From the NCBI GenBank assembly GCA_964522045.1, contig CAZFSF010000001.1, positions 1 through 44,867 of the forward strand: 44,867 nt of DNA, in the 5' to 3' direction. The stretch comes from an uncultured Desulfobacteraceae bacterium. GTDB taxonomy: Bacteria > Desulfobacterota > DSM-4660 > Desulfatiglandales > Desulfatiglandaceae. The notes beneath the pieces are model-generated. The model searched no databases, had not been told where the DNA came from, and was given only the letters and a program-made list of their open reading frames with translations. Each line of letters begins with the position of its first letter. Within the stretch, counting starts at the first letter, position 1. Both the position numbers and the translations under genes were made by a program. Below, in pieces: positions 1 to 9,476 of this stretch.

Positions 1-1
1 A

Positions 2-952
2 GTCGAACATGGGGATGTTTGGGCTTTTTCGGAGGACCGGAATAGAGTCGGCTGATTCTCCTTGCAGAATTCTTATAGCGATTTCCGCTGCCTTTTCCCC
101 TTGCTTCTTTGCGCTGGTAATCACACCTCCCAATACACCTTTCCGAACCTTGAAGTCTCCTACGACATATATTGGCCGATCGCAACTCTCAGCCAACAGC
201 GCTGAACTCTCTTCCAAGGAATAAAATCTTCCATCTCTGTCCACAAAGAAAGTAAGGGAAAAGACTACAGTGTTTTCAGGTAGGCCTTGGAGCTTTTGTT
301 GAAGTTCCTTTCCAGTAAATTCAAAGATCTTGATGAAATCAACTTTCTCATCGAATTCAGATAGTATGGGTTTCAGTTTTTCGATATCCGCAAGGCCAGT
401 TGGTGTGTTGTCGCAGATTACGGCTACATGCTTGGTTTTAGGGTGGACGCGCAGGGCAAGTTCAATCGTACCCTTAATATCGTGATCTTCAACGACACCG
501 GTGATTTGTTCTTTACCGGCAATGAGTGAATCCTGGAAATTGTTGATACCGCAGAACACGATCGGAACATTTGGAAAAAGTTGATTTCGATTGAGTAAAA
601 GAAAATTCAGGGCGTTATTGTCTGAACTGATGATCAAGTCAAATTTCTTCTTTTGATACTTCAGCTTATATAGCCCAAAAAGGGATGGGAAGATTTTATC
701 GGGCCGATTTCTCTTGGTGTCCATATACTCGACGTATAGATCAGCATCAAGCTTTGCCTTTTTGAAACATGACAAGATTCCGTTCATTATGCCATCAGTC
801 CAGTCTACCCCTTGATGGTAGGAGTTGAGAATAAGGACTTCTGGCTTTCTGACCTCTTCGGCTGAGGATGAAGCAGCGATCAAGAATAATATGATGAAAG
901 CCATAGAAAAACAGCCCAAAGGTTTCGTAGATCGGCAAAATCTATCTCGCAT
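2..952 (-). CDS. Periplasmic ABC-type substrate-binding-like domain protein (probable sensor N-terminus); 5' part only, ORF leaves the window at the left edge
   Basis: Absent from the ORF track because there is no stop in the window. Hand translation from ATG 952-950 gives MRDRFCRSTKPLGCFSMAFIILFLIAASSSAEEVRKPEVLILNSYHQGVDWTDG...IKGTIELALRVHPKTKHVAVICDNTPTG...GESADSIPVLRKSPNIPMFD, open to nt 2. The start looks like a signal peptide (alternative ATG at 904). Family assignment is from memory of PF04392-type sensor domains. Confidence 0.6.
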   Translation of the reverse strand, partial: MRDRFCRSTKPLGCFSMAFIILFLIAASSSAEEVRKPEVLILNSYHQGVDWTDGIMNGILSCFKKAKLDADLYVEYMDTKRNRPDKIFPSLFGLYKLKYQKKKFDLIISSDNNALNFLLLNRNQLFPNVPIVFCGINNFQDSLIAGKEQITGVVEDHDIKGTIELALRVHPKTKHVAVICDNTPTGLADIEKLKPILSEFDEKVDFIKIFEFTGKELQQKLQGLPENTVVFSLTFFVDRDGRFYSLEESSALLAESCDRPIYVVGDFKVRKGVLGGVITSAKKQGEKAAEIAIRILQGESADSIPVLRKSPNIPMFD

Positions 953-1380
953 GGTTCATCCCCCATAGTTGCTTACGAAGTTTCGAGAAAAAATGTTTGA
1001 CCCGTCTTGACCGCAGCTTTTTCTTTATGAGTACTTCTTTTCCCTGCGGATAATCAGAGGCTTAGATCCATAAACGATCTTTCGGGTTTCGACAACCCTC
1101 AAAACGCATACTTTCGAGCATAAGCCTTCACTGTAACAAAATACGATATTGGTTCGTATACTAATCAAACCCAGCCTCATTTCAGACGTTTTTATCTTGC
1201 CGCAAGTCAAAGATTTCGGCAACCTGAAACTTTGTGACATCCTCAGTTCGGGTAGATTTAGCGAAGTTGGGATAATGATTCCGTATGTCACTTCATTGGC
1301 TCAAGAAATCCAGAGAGGATATTTCGCCACTGATCAGCACGCAAATTGTCGGTCATCCTTTACTCCTCTTGTCCCATCAC

Positions 1381-1406
1381 GGAAAAAGGCGGGGAGGCTC
1401 CCCGCC
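1381..1406 (-). terminator. Rho-independent terminator downstream of the substrate-binding protein gene
   Basis: Stem ggcgggga (1388-1395) pairs with tccccgcc (1399-1406) around a 3-nt loop. On the minus strand it is followed by TTTTT (1383-1387). It lies 56 nt past the stop at 1462. Confidence 0.65.
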
Positions 1407-1461
1407 TTTATTCCCTATGGGCCGGTTAAAACCCATCCGGTTGATTGTCTGATTGGATCTC

Positions 1462-2700
1462 TTACTTCTTGGCAGGTCGCTCTTTGGACCCATACAAAAT
1501 ACTCGGTTGCCGCCACCCGGTAACAGGGAAAAAATCCTTTTTTTCCGCATCACACTGTAAAATCCTGTAATAGTGGGTCCCTTTTCTAATATTCGGGCCG
1601 TATTGTATCTTGCCCAAACCTCCCGAATCAAAATCCTTGATGTTCTCAAGGGCATCAATCAATTTCTCCCTTGTGAGGTCGCGGCCGCAGTCCTCCAGGG
1701 CCTGGGTCAGGAAAAGCAACGGGTTCCACATCAGAGGCATAAGACGCCAACTCAGGGGGCCTTTGGCAGCTTCTGCACCTAATTTCTCGGTAAAGAGTTT
1801 TTCCATCTTAATCCAACCGGGGCCCCTTTCATGACGCATACCCAGGTTAAAAAAATGATAGTTTCCGTTTGCCAGCTTGCCTGCCATAAATGCCCTGGGA
1901 TCCACGGTGACATAATCGCCGAAAAAGACAGGCTTCCAACCGATCTTGTGCGCCTCTTTCAGGAGACTGGCATAGACCGGTGCATATCCGGCATAAAAGC
2001 AGTGGGTTACGCCCTTGGCCTTCATCTTCATGGCCTGGGCGTTGAGGCTCTTGGAGCCCCGCTTATAGCCCGCCGAAGCGACCTTGAGCCCGTATTTTTT
2101 GGCGCCGAGTTTGACACCCTTCAGGGCGGATTTGCCCCATTCATCGTCCTGATAGACCACACCGAGCTTGGGGTTCTTTATCTTCAGGTCATTGACCAAG
2201 TAATCCACCATCATGATCCCGTTGTCCTCGTCGCTGCAGGCATACCAGAACAGGTAGCGATTGGGCGGGTCGAACATGTTTTGTGTGGTGGCGGCAGTTG
2301 GAAACACCGGGATCTTCTCCCTCTTGATGTCTTCGAGTATGGCGGTACAGGGTGTTGACCCATACACTGTAATGATCGCGAACACCTTGTGCTGATTGAC
2401 CAGTTTGGTAAACGCGGTCTTGGTCAGGACCGGGTCGTACTTCATGTCCTCAATCACAAAATCCACTTTGCGCCCGTGGATCCCTCCAAGGTCCTCGTTG
2501 ACCCATTTCTTCCAGACCGACAGTGCCGCACTGCACTGTTTGCCCAGATAGGCCCCGGGACCGGACATGTCCTGAAAGCTGCCGAATAGGATCTTGTTAT
2601 CGGTCACCCCCACCTCGGCCTGGACATTAGCCGTAGCAAGAAAACTGACGCCCAAGATACACAGAATGGCCATCCCAAAACGCAAAACCTTTTTCTTCAT
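1462..2700 (-). CDS. ABC transporter periplasmic substrate-binding protein (LivK/Peripla_BP_6-like)
   Basis: Track ORF 1462..2760. I prefer the internal ATG at 2700, which is preceded by GGAAGGAGG and gives the signal peptide MKKKVLRFGMAILCILGVSFLATANVQA. Size and composition fit a type-I periplasmic binding protein, and the gene is adjacent to the Liv-type permeases. Confidence 0.85.
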   Translation of the reverse strand: MKKKVLRFGMAILCILGVSFLATANVQAEVGVTDNKILFGSFQDMSGPGAYLGKQCSAALSVWKKWVNEDLGGIHGRKVDFVIEDMKYDPVLTKTAFTKLVNQHKVFAIITVYGSTPCTAILEDIKREKIPVFPTAATTQNMFDPPNRYLFWYACSDEDNGIMMVDYLVNDLKIKNPKLGVVYQDDEWGKSALKGVKLGAKKYGLKVASAGYKRGSKSLNAQAMKMKAKGVTHCFYAGYAPVYASLLKEAHKIGWKPVFFGDYVTVDPRAFMAGKLANGNYHFFNLGMRHERGPGWIKMEKLFTEKLGAEAAKGPLSWRLMPLMWNPLLFLTQALEDCGRDLTREKLIDALENIKDFDSGGLGKIQYGPNIRKGTHYYRILQCDAEKKDFFPVTGWRQPSILYGSKERPAKK

Positions 2701-2781
2701 GATATCCTCCTTCCCAATAAGATTAGATTTGATGTGAAAACAAGGCCGTCTGGAAGACACAACATCACACCAGACAATCCT

Positions 2782-3828
2782 TTAGTAAGTAAAAGGCCAG
2801 GGTTTCCAATATCTCTTGATCTTTATCCATATCCCGAATAGACCGTCGGGTTCGAATAAAAGGAACCCGATGATGACGAGGCCGTACACGATCACTGAAA
2901 TCGCCCCTACTCTCGGCGAAAAGGTCGGATAAGCCGAGGCTATCGGTCCGGAAACAGCGCTGATAACCTCAGGCAGCAGGACCATAAATACTGCCCCGAT
3001 AATCGAGCCGAGCACGGTGCCAATGCCCCCGACAATAATCATGGCAATATAAAGGATCGACTGGTTGAAGGTAAAATGGTCAGGACCGATGAGGCCGACA
3101 AGATAGGCGTAGAGCGCACCGGCCATACCGGCAATGAATGAACTGGCGACAAAGGAAAGGACCTTGTATTTGGCCAAGTGGACACCGATAATCTCAGCAG
3201 CGATGTCTCGATCCCTGACTGCCACAAATGCCCTCCCTGTTCGGCTCATTGCCAGATTCTTGGTAAACAGGGCCGTCGCCACGGCGAACACCAGTATGAC
3301 ATAATAAAATGATTCGTATGTGTCCAGCTTGTAGCCGAGGAGGCTTGGGCTCGGAAGCGTAATGCCCCTGTCACTGAGGGTGAGGCTCTCCCAGTGATAA
3401 ATGACATGCTCTGTTATAAACTGGAATGCTAATGTGGTGACCACCAGATAGAGGCCTCTAAGCCTCAGCGTCGGTATACCCACGACCGCACCGGTAGCCG
3501 CGGCCATGAGGCCTGCCAAAGGGAGCGCCGCAGCAAAGGGAAACCCTGCCTTGGAAGAGAGTATGGCGGCTGTGTAGGCACCAATACCCATAAAGGCCGC
3601 ATGACCCATGGAAATGAGACCGGTATAACCCGTCAGGATATTTAGACCTAAGGCACTGATAACGGACACGCCACAGACGCAGGCCACAAAGACAACGTAT
3701 TTCCCCGCAAGAAAGGGAAGGTATAAGAGCGCAAGACCAAGGATTAACAAAGATATCTTGGCTGCCGGGCTCGGAAATATCCTCAAGTCCTGCTGGTAGG
3801 TCCTTATGCAAAATTGGGTAACTGCCAT
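2782..3828 (-). CDS. ABC transporter permease (LivM-like)
   Basis: 348-aa, highly hydrophobic, multi-TM protein in a Liv-type operon. It contains the GLISMGHAAFMGIGAY-type permease core. Confidence 0.85.
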   Translation of the reverse strand: MAVTQFCIRTYQQDLRIFPSPAAKISLLILGLALLYLPFLAGKYVVFVACVCGVSVISALGLNILTGYTGLISMGHAAFMGIGAYTAAILSSKAGFPFAAALPLAGLMAAATGAVVGIPTLRLRGLYLVVTTLAFQFITEHVIYHWESLTLSDRGITLPSPSLLGYKLDTYESFYYVILVFAVATALFTKNLAMSRTGRAFVAVRDRDIAAEIIGVHLAKYKVLSFVASSFIAGMAGALYAYLVGLIGPDHFTFNQSILYIAMIIVGGIGTVLGSIIGAVFMVLLPEVISAVSGPIASAYPTFSPRVGAISVIVYGLVIIGFLLFEPDGLFGIWIKIKRYWKPWPFTY

Positions 3829-3845
3829 AATGTTCTTTCCAACCT

Positions 3846-4736
3846 CTACACCCGTTCTATTTCCTTGGTTCCGAATAGCCCATACGGACGGATCATCATA
3901 ACGATCAATACAATCACATAGGCCGTAATTTCATTGATACCGCTACCCAGATAGTCTTCCAGATAAAAGCCGGCCAGGTTTTCCGTGACACCGATGATCA
4001 GCCCGCCTATTATGGCGCCATGCACGCTGTCAAGCCCACCCAGAATAATAGCGGGAAGCGCCTTAAGGCCAACGTGACCCATGATCGGTTCTAAAAAAGT
4101 GAAACTGGCCAGAAACACCCCGGCAATGGTAGCCACGAGAGATGCGATGGCCCAGGAAGCGGTAAATACTCTTTTCACATTGATTCCCATCAAAAAGGCC
4201 GTCCGGGTGTCTTCCGCAGTAGCCCGCATACTGATACCCGCGCCAGAGTATTTGAAAAAGAAAAAAAAGATAATCAGTAGAATCACCGTGGCAACGACGG
4301 TATAGATTTCCGCCTGGTTGACGGCCGCCCCAAAAAGCATTATCGGATCTTCGGGAAAGGGGCTGGGGAACTGGAGTTCTTCATATCCCCATATCAGCCC
4401 GGTAAGTCCCCTTAAGACGTTGGCCAACCCTAAAGTCACCATGATCACTGCCAGAACCGGTTCGCCCACCATTGGGCGCACGACCATCATCTCAAGGATA
4501 GCGGCGATAAGGCCCATCAAGACAAGGGTCACGAGGAAACCGATGACAAAGGGGAGCTTGAGCATGGTGATCAGTGTAAAGGCGACATAGGCCCCAAACA
4601 TCATTAATTCGGGCTGAGCAAAGTTAAAGATATCGGTGGCCTTGAAGATGAGGACAAACCCTAACGCAATACACGCGTAAACGCTTCCCCAGGCAAGCCC
4701 GGTAACAATAAGCTGAACAAAAATCTGGAAGCCCAT
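3846..4736 (-). CDS. ABC transporter permease (LivH-like)
   Basis: 296-aa multi-TM protein starting MGFQIFVQLIVTGLAWGSVYACIALGFVLIF, a typical LivH N-terminus. It is tightly packed between the ligase and LivM-like genes. Confidence 0.85.
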   Translation of the reverse strand: MGFQIFVQLIVTGLAWGSVYACIALGFVLIFKATDIFNFAQPELMMFGAYVAFTLITMLKLPFVIGFLVTLVLMGLIAAILEMMVVRPMVGEPVLAVIMVTLGLANVLRGLTGLIWGYEELQFPSPFPEDPIMLFGAAVNQAEIYTVVATVILLIIFFFFFKYSGAGISMRATAEDTRTAFLMGINVKRVFTASWAIASLVATIAGVFLASFTFLEPIMGHVGLKALPAIILGGLDSVHGAIIGGLIIGVTENLAGFYLEDYLGSGINEITAYVIVLIVMMIRPYGLFGTKEIERV

Positions 4737-4739
4737 TTT

Positions 4740-6551
4740 TTAGCCCTTTTTACTTCCGTACATTTCTTCTATGATGTCACCAAATTTCTTGTAAACGGTT
4801 TTTCTGCGGAGCTTTAACGTGGCCGTGAGTTCGTCGTCGTCATGGTCCAGTTCCTTGTCGAGAAGTCTGAACTGTTTGATGGTCTCAACCTGTGCGAAGT
4901 CTTTATTGGCCTCGTGAACCTCCTTCTTTATCATCTCGTAAATCTTCTGATTCCGGGCCAGGCTTTTGAATGTGGTGTAGGCGATGCTGCGCTCTTGGGC
5001 CCACTTGGCAACGTTGTCGTACTCGATCTGGATCAGGGCGCTCAGAAATTTGCGTCCGTCCCCGATCACGATCGCCTCATTGATGTAAGGGCTGCATTTC
5101 AGACGGTTTTCAATCTCCGAAGGGGCAATATTTTTGCCTCCCGAGGTGATAATAATCTCCTTTTTTCGATCCGTTATCTTAAGCCGCCCCTCTTCGTCCA
5201 GTTCCCCCACATCACCGGTGTAAAGCCACCCGTCCTGAACGGTTTTTGCCGTAGCCTCGGGGTCCTTCCAGTAGCCCACAAAGATATGGTTGCATTTAAG
5301 GAGGATCTCGCCATCTTCCGCGATTCTCACTTCCACACCGGGAATCGGCTTGCCAACCGTCCCCAGCCTGACATCTTCCGGGACATTACAGGTTCCGATG
5401 CCCGTCTCCTCGGTCATACCCCACCCTTCCAGAACCGGAATTCCCAGGGAGTGAAAGTATTTAAGCACTTCCGGAGAAATGGGCGCGGCCCCGCTTACAG
5501 CAATCCGGGCTCTCAGAAGACCCAGCTCCTTTTTAAGGTGCCTGAAAAGCCCGAGATATCCCAATCCGTACATGATTTTCAGGGAGAACGGTATGGCCTC
5601 TCCGGACAATCTGGCGTCTGCCATACGTTCTCCGATGGGGAAGCATATCTTGTACATATTTTTTTTGAACCATGTGGCATCTTTCATTTTGATGATGATG
5701 CCTGCCATCATCTTTTCCCAAATACGCGGTACAGCCAGATAAAAGGTGGGAAGGATCTCCCCCATATCCATGGTTACGGTTTCGACACTTTCGGCAAAAT
5801 TGACCGTGGCGCCGGAATTGAGGGGGAAAAAAACCGACATCATGCGTTCAGCCACATGACATAAGGGGAGATATGAAACGATCTCATCCGTGTCATACTG
5901 GGGGAGTACCTGGTTCTGGGCCTTGAGGAACTGCATCACATTATCGTGGCTCAGCATGGCGCCTTTGGGAGGTCCCGTGGTACCGGAGGTATAAACCATT
6001 ATGGCCACATCCTCAGGTCTCAACTGCTCTACCATGCGATAGTATTTATCCGGAACATCTTCCTCGACCCTGCTTCCGATATCTCCCACGGATTCAAAAG
6101 AGATGATCATAGGGTCGGCATATCGGCGCAGGCCTTTCATGTCCGTTACAATGATCTTTTTGAGCTTGGGCAGGTCCTCCTTTACCTCTAAGACCTTATC
6201 CACCTGCTCCTGGTTATCGCATATTACGAAAATCGACTCGGAATGACCAATGACGTAACTTGCCTCCTTGGCGGGATTGGTGGGATATACCCCAACCGCC
6301 ACCCCACCCGCACTCTGCACTGCCAGGTCAGAGTAAAGCCATTCAGGCTCATTCTCTCCAAATATGCTCACATGATCGCCACGGCAAAGCCCTAACTCCA
6401 TCAGGCCCAGGCAGAAATGGCGCACATGCCGGCAGTATTCGTTCCATGAGATCTCCTGCCATACACCGAATTCCTTTTCACGCAAGGCGACCCGGTCCCC
6501 GTATTTTTTCACCTTGCCGAGGAATATGCGAGGTATGGTATCTTCTTTCAC
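4740..6551 (-). CDS. AMP-dependent acyl-CoA synthetase/ligase (long-chain FACS-like, 603 aa)
   Basis: AMP-binding motif YTSGTTGPPKGAMLSH, plus GWLYTGDVGELDEEGRLKITDRKKEII. The GTG start at 6551 overlaps the upstream ATPase stop (GTGA). Confidence 0.85.
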   Translation of the reverse strand: MKEDTIPRIFLGKVKKYGDRVALREKEFGVWQEISWNEYCRHVRHFCLGLMELGLCRGDHVSIFGENEPEWLYSDLAVQSAGGVAVGVYPTNPAKEASYVIGHSESIFVICDNQEQVDKVLEVKEDLPKLKKIIVTDMKGLRRYADPMIISFESVGDIGSRVEEDVPDKYYRMVEQLRPEDVAIMVYTSGTTGPPKGAMLSHDNVMQFLKAQNQVLPQYDTDEIVSYLPLCHVAERMMSVFFPLNSGATVNFAESVETVTMDMGEILPTFYLAVPRIWEKMMAGIIIKMKDATWFKKNMYKICFPIGERMADARLSGEAIPFSLKIMYGLGYLGLFRHLKKELGLLRARIAVSGAAPISPEVLKYFHSLGIPVLEGWGMTEETGIGTCNVPEDVRLGTVGKPIPGVEVRIAEDGEILLKCNHIFVGYWKDPEATAKTVQDGWLYTGDVGELDEEGRLKITDRKKEIIITSGGKNIAPSEIENRLKCSPYINEAIVIGDGRKFLSALIQIEYDNVAKWAQERSIAYTTFKSLARNQKIYEMIKKEVHEANKDFAQVETIKQFRLLDKELDHDDDELTATLKLRRKTVYKKFGDIIEEMYGSKKG

Positions 6552-7339
6552 GGGTTTGCCACTCCTCTCATAACGGTTTCGTGATCCACGCCAAGATAGG
6601 CCTTCTGGACCTCAGGGTCCTTCTGGACTTCACCCGGTTTTCCTTCTGCGATTTTCCTGCCAAAGTCAAGCACGCATATGCGCTCCGAGATATCCATCAC
6701 CACACCCATATCATGTTCAATCATCACAATAGTGGTTCCCAACTCCTCATGAACATCGAGAACAAACCGGGCAATGTCTTCGGTCTCTTCCAGGTTCATC
6801 CCGGCCATCGGTTCGTCTAAAAGGAGGATTTTGGGTTCCTGGGCCAGGGCCCGGCCTAATTCCACCCGCTTCTGCACCCCGTACGGCAGACTGGCGACCA
6901 GATGCTTCCGCCACTGTTCCATTTCCAGGAAATCAATAACCTCCTCCACCTTACGGCGGTGTCGGTTCTCCTCCCGGCTCCGGTAACCCATGACCGCATT
7001 TCTAAAAAAACCGTTCCTGTAAAGATTATGACGACCCAGAAGCATGTTGTCTATGACATTCATATGGGAAAACAATTCCACATTCTGGAATGTCCGGGCA
7101 ATACCAAGTCTGGCAACCTGGTCCGGACGTTGCCCTGTAAATTCCTTCCCCCTAAAAAGGATCGTTCCTCTCTCAGGCCTGTAAAAACCGCTAATGCAGT
7201 TCAGAAGGGAGGTCTTCCCTGCTCCGTTCGGACCGATAACGGAATAGAGTTCTCCAGATTCCACAGAAAGGGACACCCTGTGCAGGGCCTCTATGCCCCC
7301 AAATGTGAGGGATATGTCCTTGATTTCTAATAATCCCAT
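6548..7339 (-). CDS. ABC transporter ATP-binding protein (LivG-like)
   Basis: Walker A GPNGAGKTS, signature-like LPYGVQKRVELGRAL, Walker B ILLLDEP. Confidence 0.9.
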   Translation of the reverse strand: MGLLEIKDISLTFGGIEALHRVSLSVESGELYSVIGPNGAGKTSLLNCISGFYRPERGTILFRGKEFTGQRPDQVARLGIARTFQNVELFSHMNVIDNMLLGRHNLYRNGFFRNAVMGYRSREENRHRRKVEEVIDFLEMEQWRKHLVASLPYGVQKRVELGRALAQEPKILLLDEPMAGMNLEETEDIARFVLDVHEELGTTIVMIEHDMGVVMDISERICVLDFGRKIAEGKPGEVQKDPEVQKAYLGVDHETVMRGVANP

Positions 7340-7391
7340 ATTTCGTAGCCGCTAACAGTTTCCCCCGTATTATGTGCGGGGATCTCCGACA

Positions 7392-7423
7392 GGGTTTCCC
7401 GCTGGAAGCGGGACCCAAGGTTG
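7392..7423. repeat. REP-like hairpin element, copy 1 (GGTTTCCCGCT-nnn-AGCGGGA...GGTTG)
   Basis: The 7-bp stem tcccgct/agcggga with a 3-nt loop sits in the 115-nt gap between the two ATPase genes. A near-identical element occurs at 15511-15544. Confidence 0.5.
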
Positions 7424-7454
7424 CCATATTGCCTCACGACCGGGGAGTTATCAC

Positions 7455-8261
7455 TCACGAAAGCCAGCGTTTTCTCCGTTTATAATGTTTCACCTCGGCA
7501 AAGCTCTTACGATCCTCGTCCTCTTTGATGCCGAGATAGAATTCCTTAACATCCTCATTCTGCATTAGCTTCCGGCTCGGACCGTCAAGAACAATCTTTC
7601 CATTCTCCATGATATAGCCGTATTCGGAGACGGCTAAGGCCATGAGGGCGTTCTGTTCCACAAGGAGGATTGAAACTCTTTCTTCACTGTTGATTCTTTT
7701 AATGATCTGGAATATCTCGTCCATCAGCATCGGGGCGAGCCCTAAAGAGGGTTCATCGAGCATCATTAATGAGGGACGGGCCATCAGGGCCCGCCCAATG
7801 ACCAGCATTTGTTGTTCGCCCCCACTACAGAAGCCCGCCTGGAGTTTCAACCTCTCTCGAAGTATCGGGAAATAACTTAAGACTTTCTTATAGTCGCGCT
7901 CGACCTCCTTCTTGCCGTCACGACGGGTATGAGAACCCACCTTGATATTTTCCTCCACATTCAACTCCCCAAAAACCCTCCTTCCTTCAGGAACCTGCGT
8001 TATCCCAAGACGAACGATCTCCTGCGGGTCCATCTTGTGGATAGCATGGCCGTCAAATTCTATGGTCCCCTTCATGATCTCTCCGTCCTCGTAGTCTAAA
8101 AGGCCGGATATGGCCGTCAATGTAGTACTCTTGCCTGCGCCGTTTGCGCCTAAAAAGGCAATAACGCTACCGTCCGGCACATCCAGGGAGATGCCCCTTA
8201 ACACTAAAATAATATCATTATATACTGCTTCGAGGTTGTTCACCTGCAACATGAAACTCAA
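7455..8261 (-). CDS. ABC transporter ATP-binding protein (LivF-like)
   Basis: Walker A GANGAGKST, signature CSGGEQQML, Walker B LMMLDEPSLGL. The track start at 8261 is TTG. ATG at 8252 (MLQVNNLEAVY) is an equally plausible start. Confidence 0.9.
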   Translation of the reverse strand: MSFMLQVNNLEAVYNDIILVLRGISLDVPDGSVIAFLGANGAGKSTTLTAISGLLDYEDGEIMKGTIEFDGHAIHKMDPQEIVRLGITQVPEGRRVFGELNVEENIKVGSHTRRDGKKEVERDYKKVLSYFPILRERLKLQAGFCSGGEQQMLVIGRALMARPSLMMLDEPSLGLAPMLMDEIFQIIKRINSEERVSILLVEQNALMALAVSEYGYIMENGKIVLDGPSRKLMQNEDVKEFYLGIKEDEDRKSFAEVKHYKRRKRWLS

Positions 8262-8306
8262 GAGCTCCTTTCCAGGGTGGTCGCTTCTAATGGCATATAC
8301 GCGACC

Positions 8307-9467
8307 TTATAACAATATTTCAAGATCTTCAACAGGAAAAGAAACGCATGAATGGACATAGCCAAACTGCGTATCCGACTTCCTGACAGGTACGCCTGCC
8401 GGCTGAAAAACTTTTCCGGACAGGATCTTTACCCTACACATACTGCATTCACCAGAGCGACAAAGCGATGGAATCAAGACGCCTTTTTTCTCCAAGGCAA
8501 GCATTAACGGCTCACCGGCTCGGGCTTCAATCGTGGGGCCGCCATCCACCTTTACCGCAAAGGCGTCATCTGCCTTTATCTCTTGTGGCCAGCCCGGATG
8601 ATCGCATATATGGGCAGGTGCGCCATACACCTCTTTCCTTATCTTCCTTTTCGGAATGCCAAGTCTTTCCAGTTCGGGCACACAGAAATCGTACATCCCC
8701 TGGGGCCCGCAAAGGTAAAAGGTCTTTTCAGCAGCCTCTCCTATGATCTCCCTTATCAGGTCCCCGGTAATAAACCCCGTTGGTCCTTCGTATCCCTTCT
8801 TCTGAGGCTCTTCAATGACCGGCAAGTAATTAATATTTTCAAACCGGTCTGAAAGGGAACGCAGTTCATCATGAAAGATGGCGTCATTTAGGTTTTTGTT
8901 CCCATAGAAAAGATATACAGCCCGTTCCAGACCACACTCGACAATCTCACGAATCATACTCCGAAAAGGAGTAATACCACTTCCACCCGCAATACAGACC
9001 ATGGTCCTGTCATGAAAGAGGGGATTATGATAGAAATTCCCAACGGGCCCGGAGCTCTCAAGCTCGTCCCCATTTTTTACTTCATCGAGCAGGTAGTTGG
9101 ATACAAGCCCTTCCTCAACACGCCGTATTGTGATTTCATAGAAGCCGGTCTGATTGGGAGGAGAAGAGATGCTGTAGGGTCTGCTGGTACGTATCCCGCT
9201 GAGTTCCAGAAAAAGGGCGATGTACTGCCCTGCTAAAAAAGGCGGAAGGTAGCCGTTTCGAGAGACTAATCTCAACGTTTTTGTAGAGGAGGTTTCGTCA
9301 ACGATCTCGGAGACACAGAGCTTCATCCGGGTGGGATGCAAAAGGTTGATCTGCTTATCCACTGAATCCCGATAGACCGCATAGTCTGTCCCGTATTTCC
9401 TGCTTGTTTCGATCTCTTCAACGATACTGTTATATCCGTCAAATTCCTCAAAAATCGGCTTTTTCAT
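8307..9467 (-). CDS. FNR-family oxidoreductase: FAD-binding + NAD(P)-binding + C-terminal plant-type [2Fe-2S] ferredoxin domain
   Basis: RPYSISS (RxYS FAD motif), GGSGITPF NAD(P)-binding motif, and the C-terminal CRSGECSMCRV...HSC cluster ligands. RBS AGGGAGG lies upstream of the ATG at 9467. Confidence 0.8.
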   Translation of the reverse strand: MKKPIFEEFDGYNSIVEEIETSRKYGTDYAVYRDSVDKQINLLHPTRMKLCVSEIVDETSSTKTLRLVSRNGYLPPFLAGQYIALFLELSGIRTSRPYSISSPPNQTGFYEITIRRVEEGLVSNYLLDEVKNGDELESSGPVGNFYHNPLFHDRTMVCIAGGSGITPFRSMIREIVECGLERAVYLFYGNKNLNDAIFHDELRSLSDRFENINYLPVIEEPQKKGYEGPTGFITGDLIREIIGEAAEKTFYLCGPQGMYDFCVPELERLGIPKRKIRKEVYGAPAHICDHPGWPQEIKADDAFAVKVDGGPTIEARAGEPLMLALEKKGVLIPSLCRSGECSMCRVKILSGKVFQPAGVPVRKSDTQFGYVHSCVSFPVEDLEILL

Positions 9468-9476
9468 GGTCCCTCC

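Noticed and set aside
1025-1356. 22-codon ORF (ATG 1356, GAGGAG SD; MTDNLRADQWRNILSGFLEPMK) whose TGA overlaps the GTG start of the listed 88-aa ORF 1025..1291 (GTGA)
   Set aside because: The arrangement looks like translational coupling, but neither peptide resembles any family I know. The 88-aa product is Cys/Arg-rich and unconvincing as a protein. I cannot support it as a gene without conservation data.
4842-5864. 340-aa plus-strand ORF. Similar long antisense ORFs lie at 1831..2358, 6260..6820, 19116..20003 and 20512..21087.
   Set aside because: Each lies entirely antisense to a minus-strand gene with clear family motifs. Their translations are low-complexity (R/G/P-rich) with no recognisable motif. 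These are shadow ORFs typical of GC-rich coding DNA.
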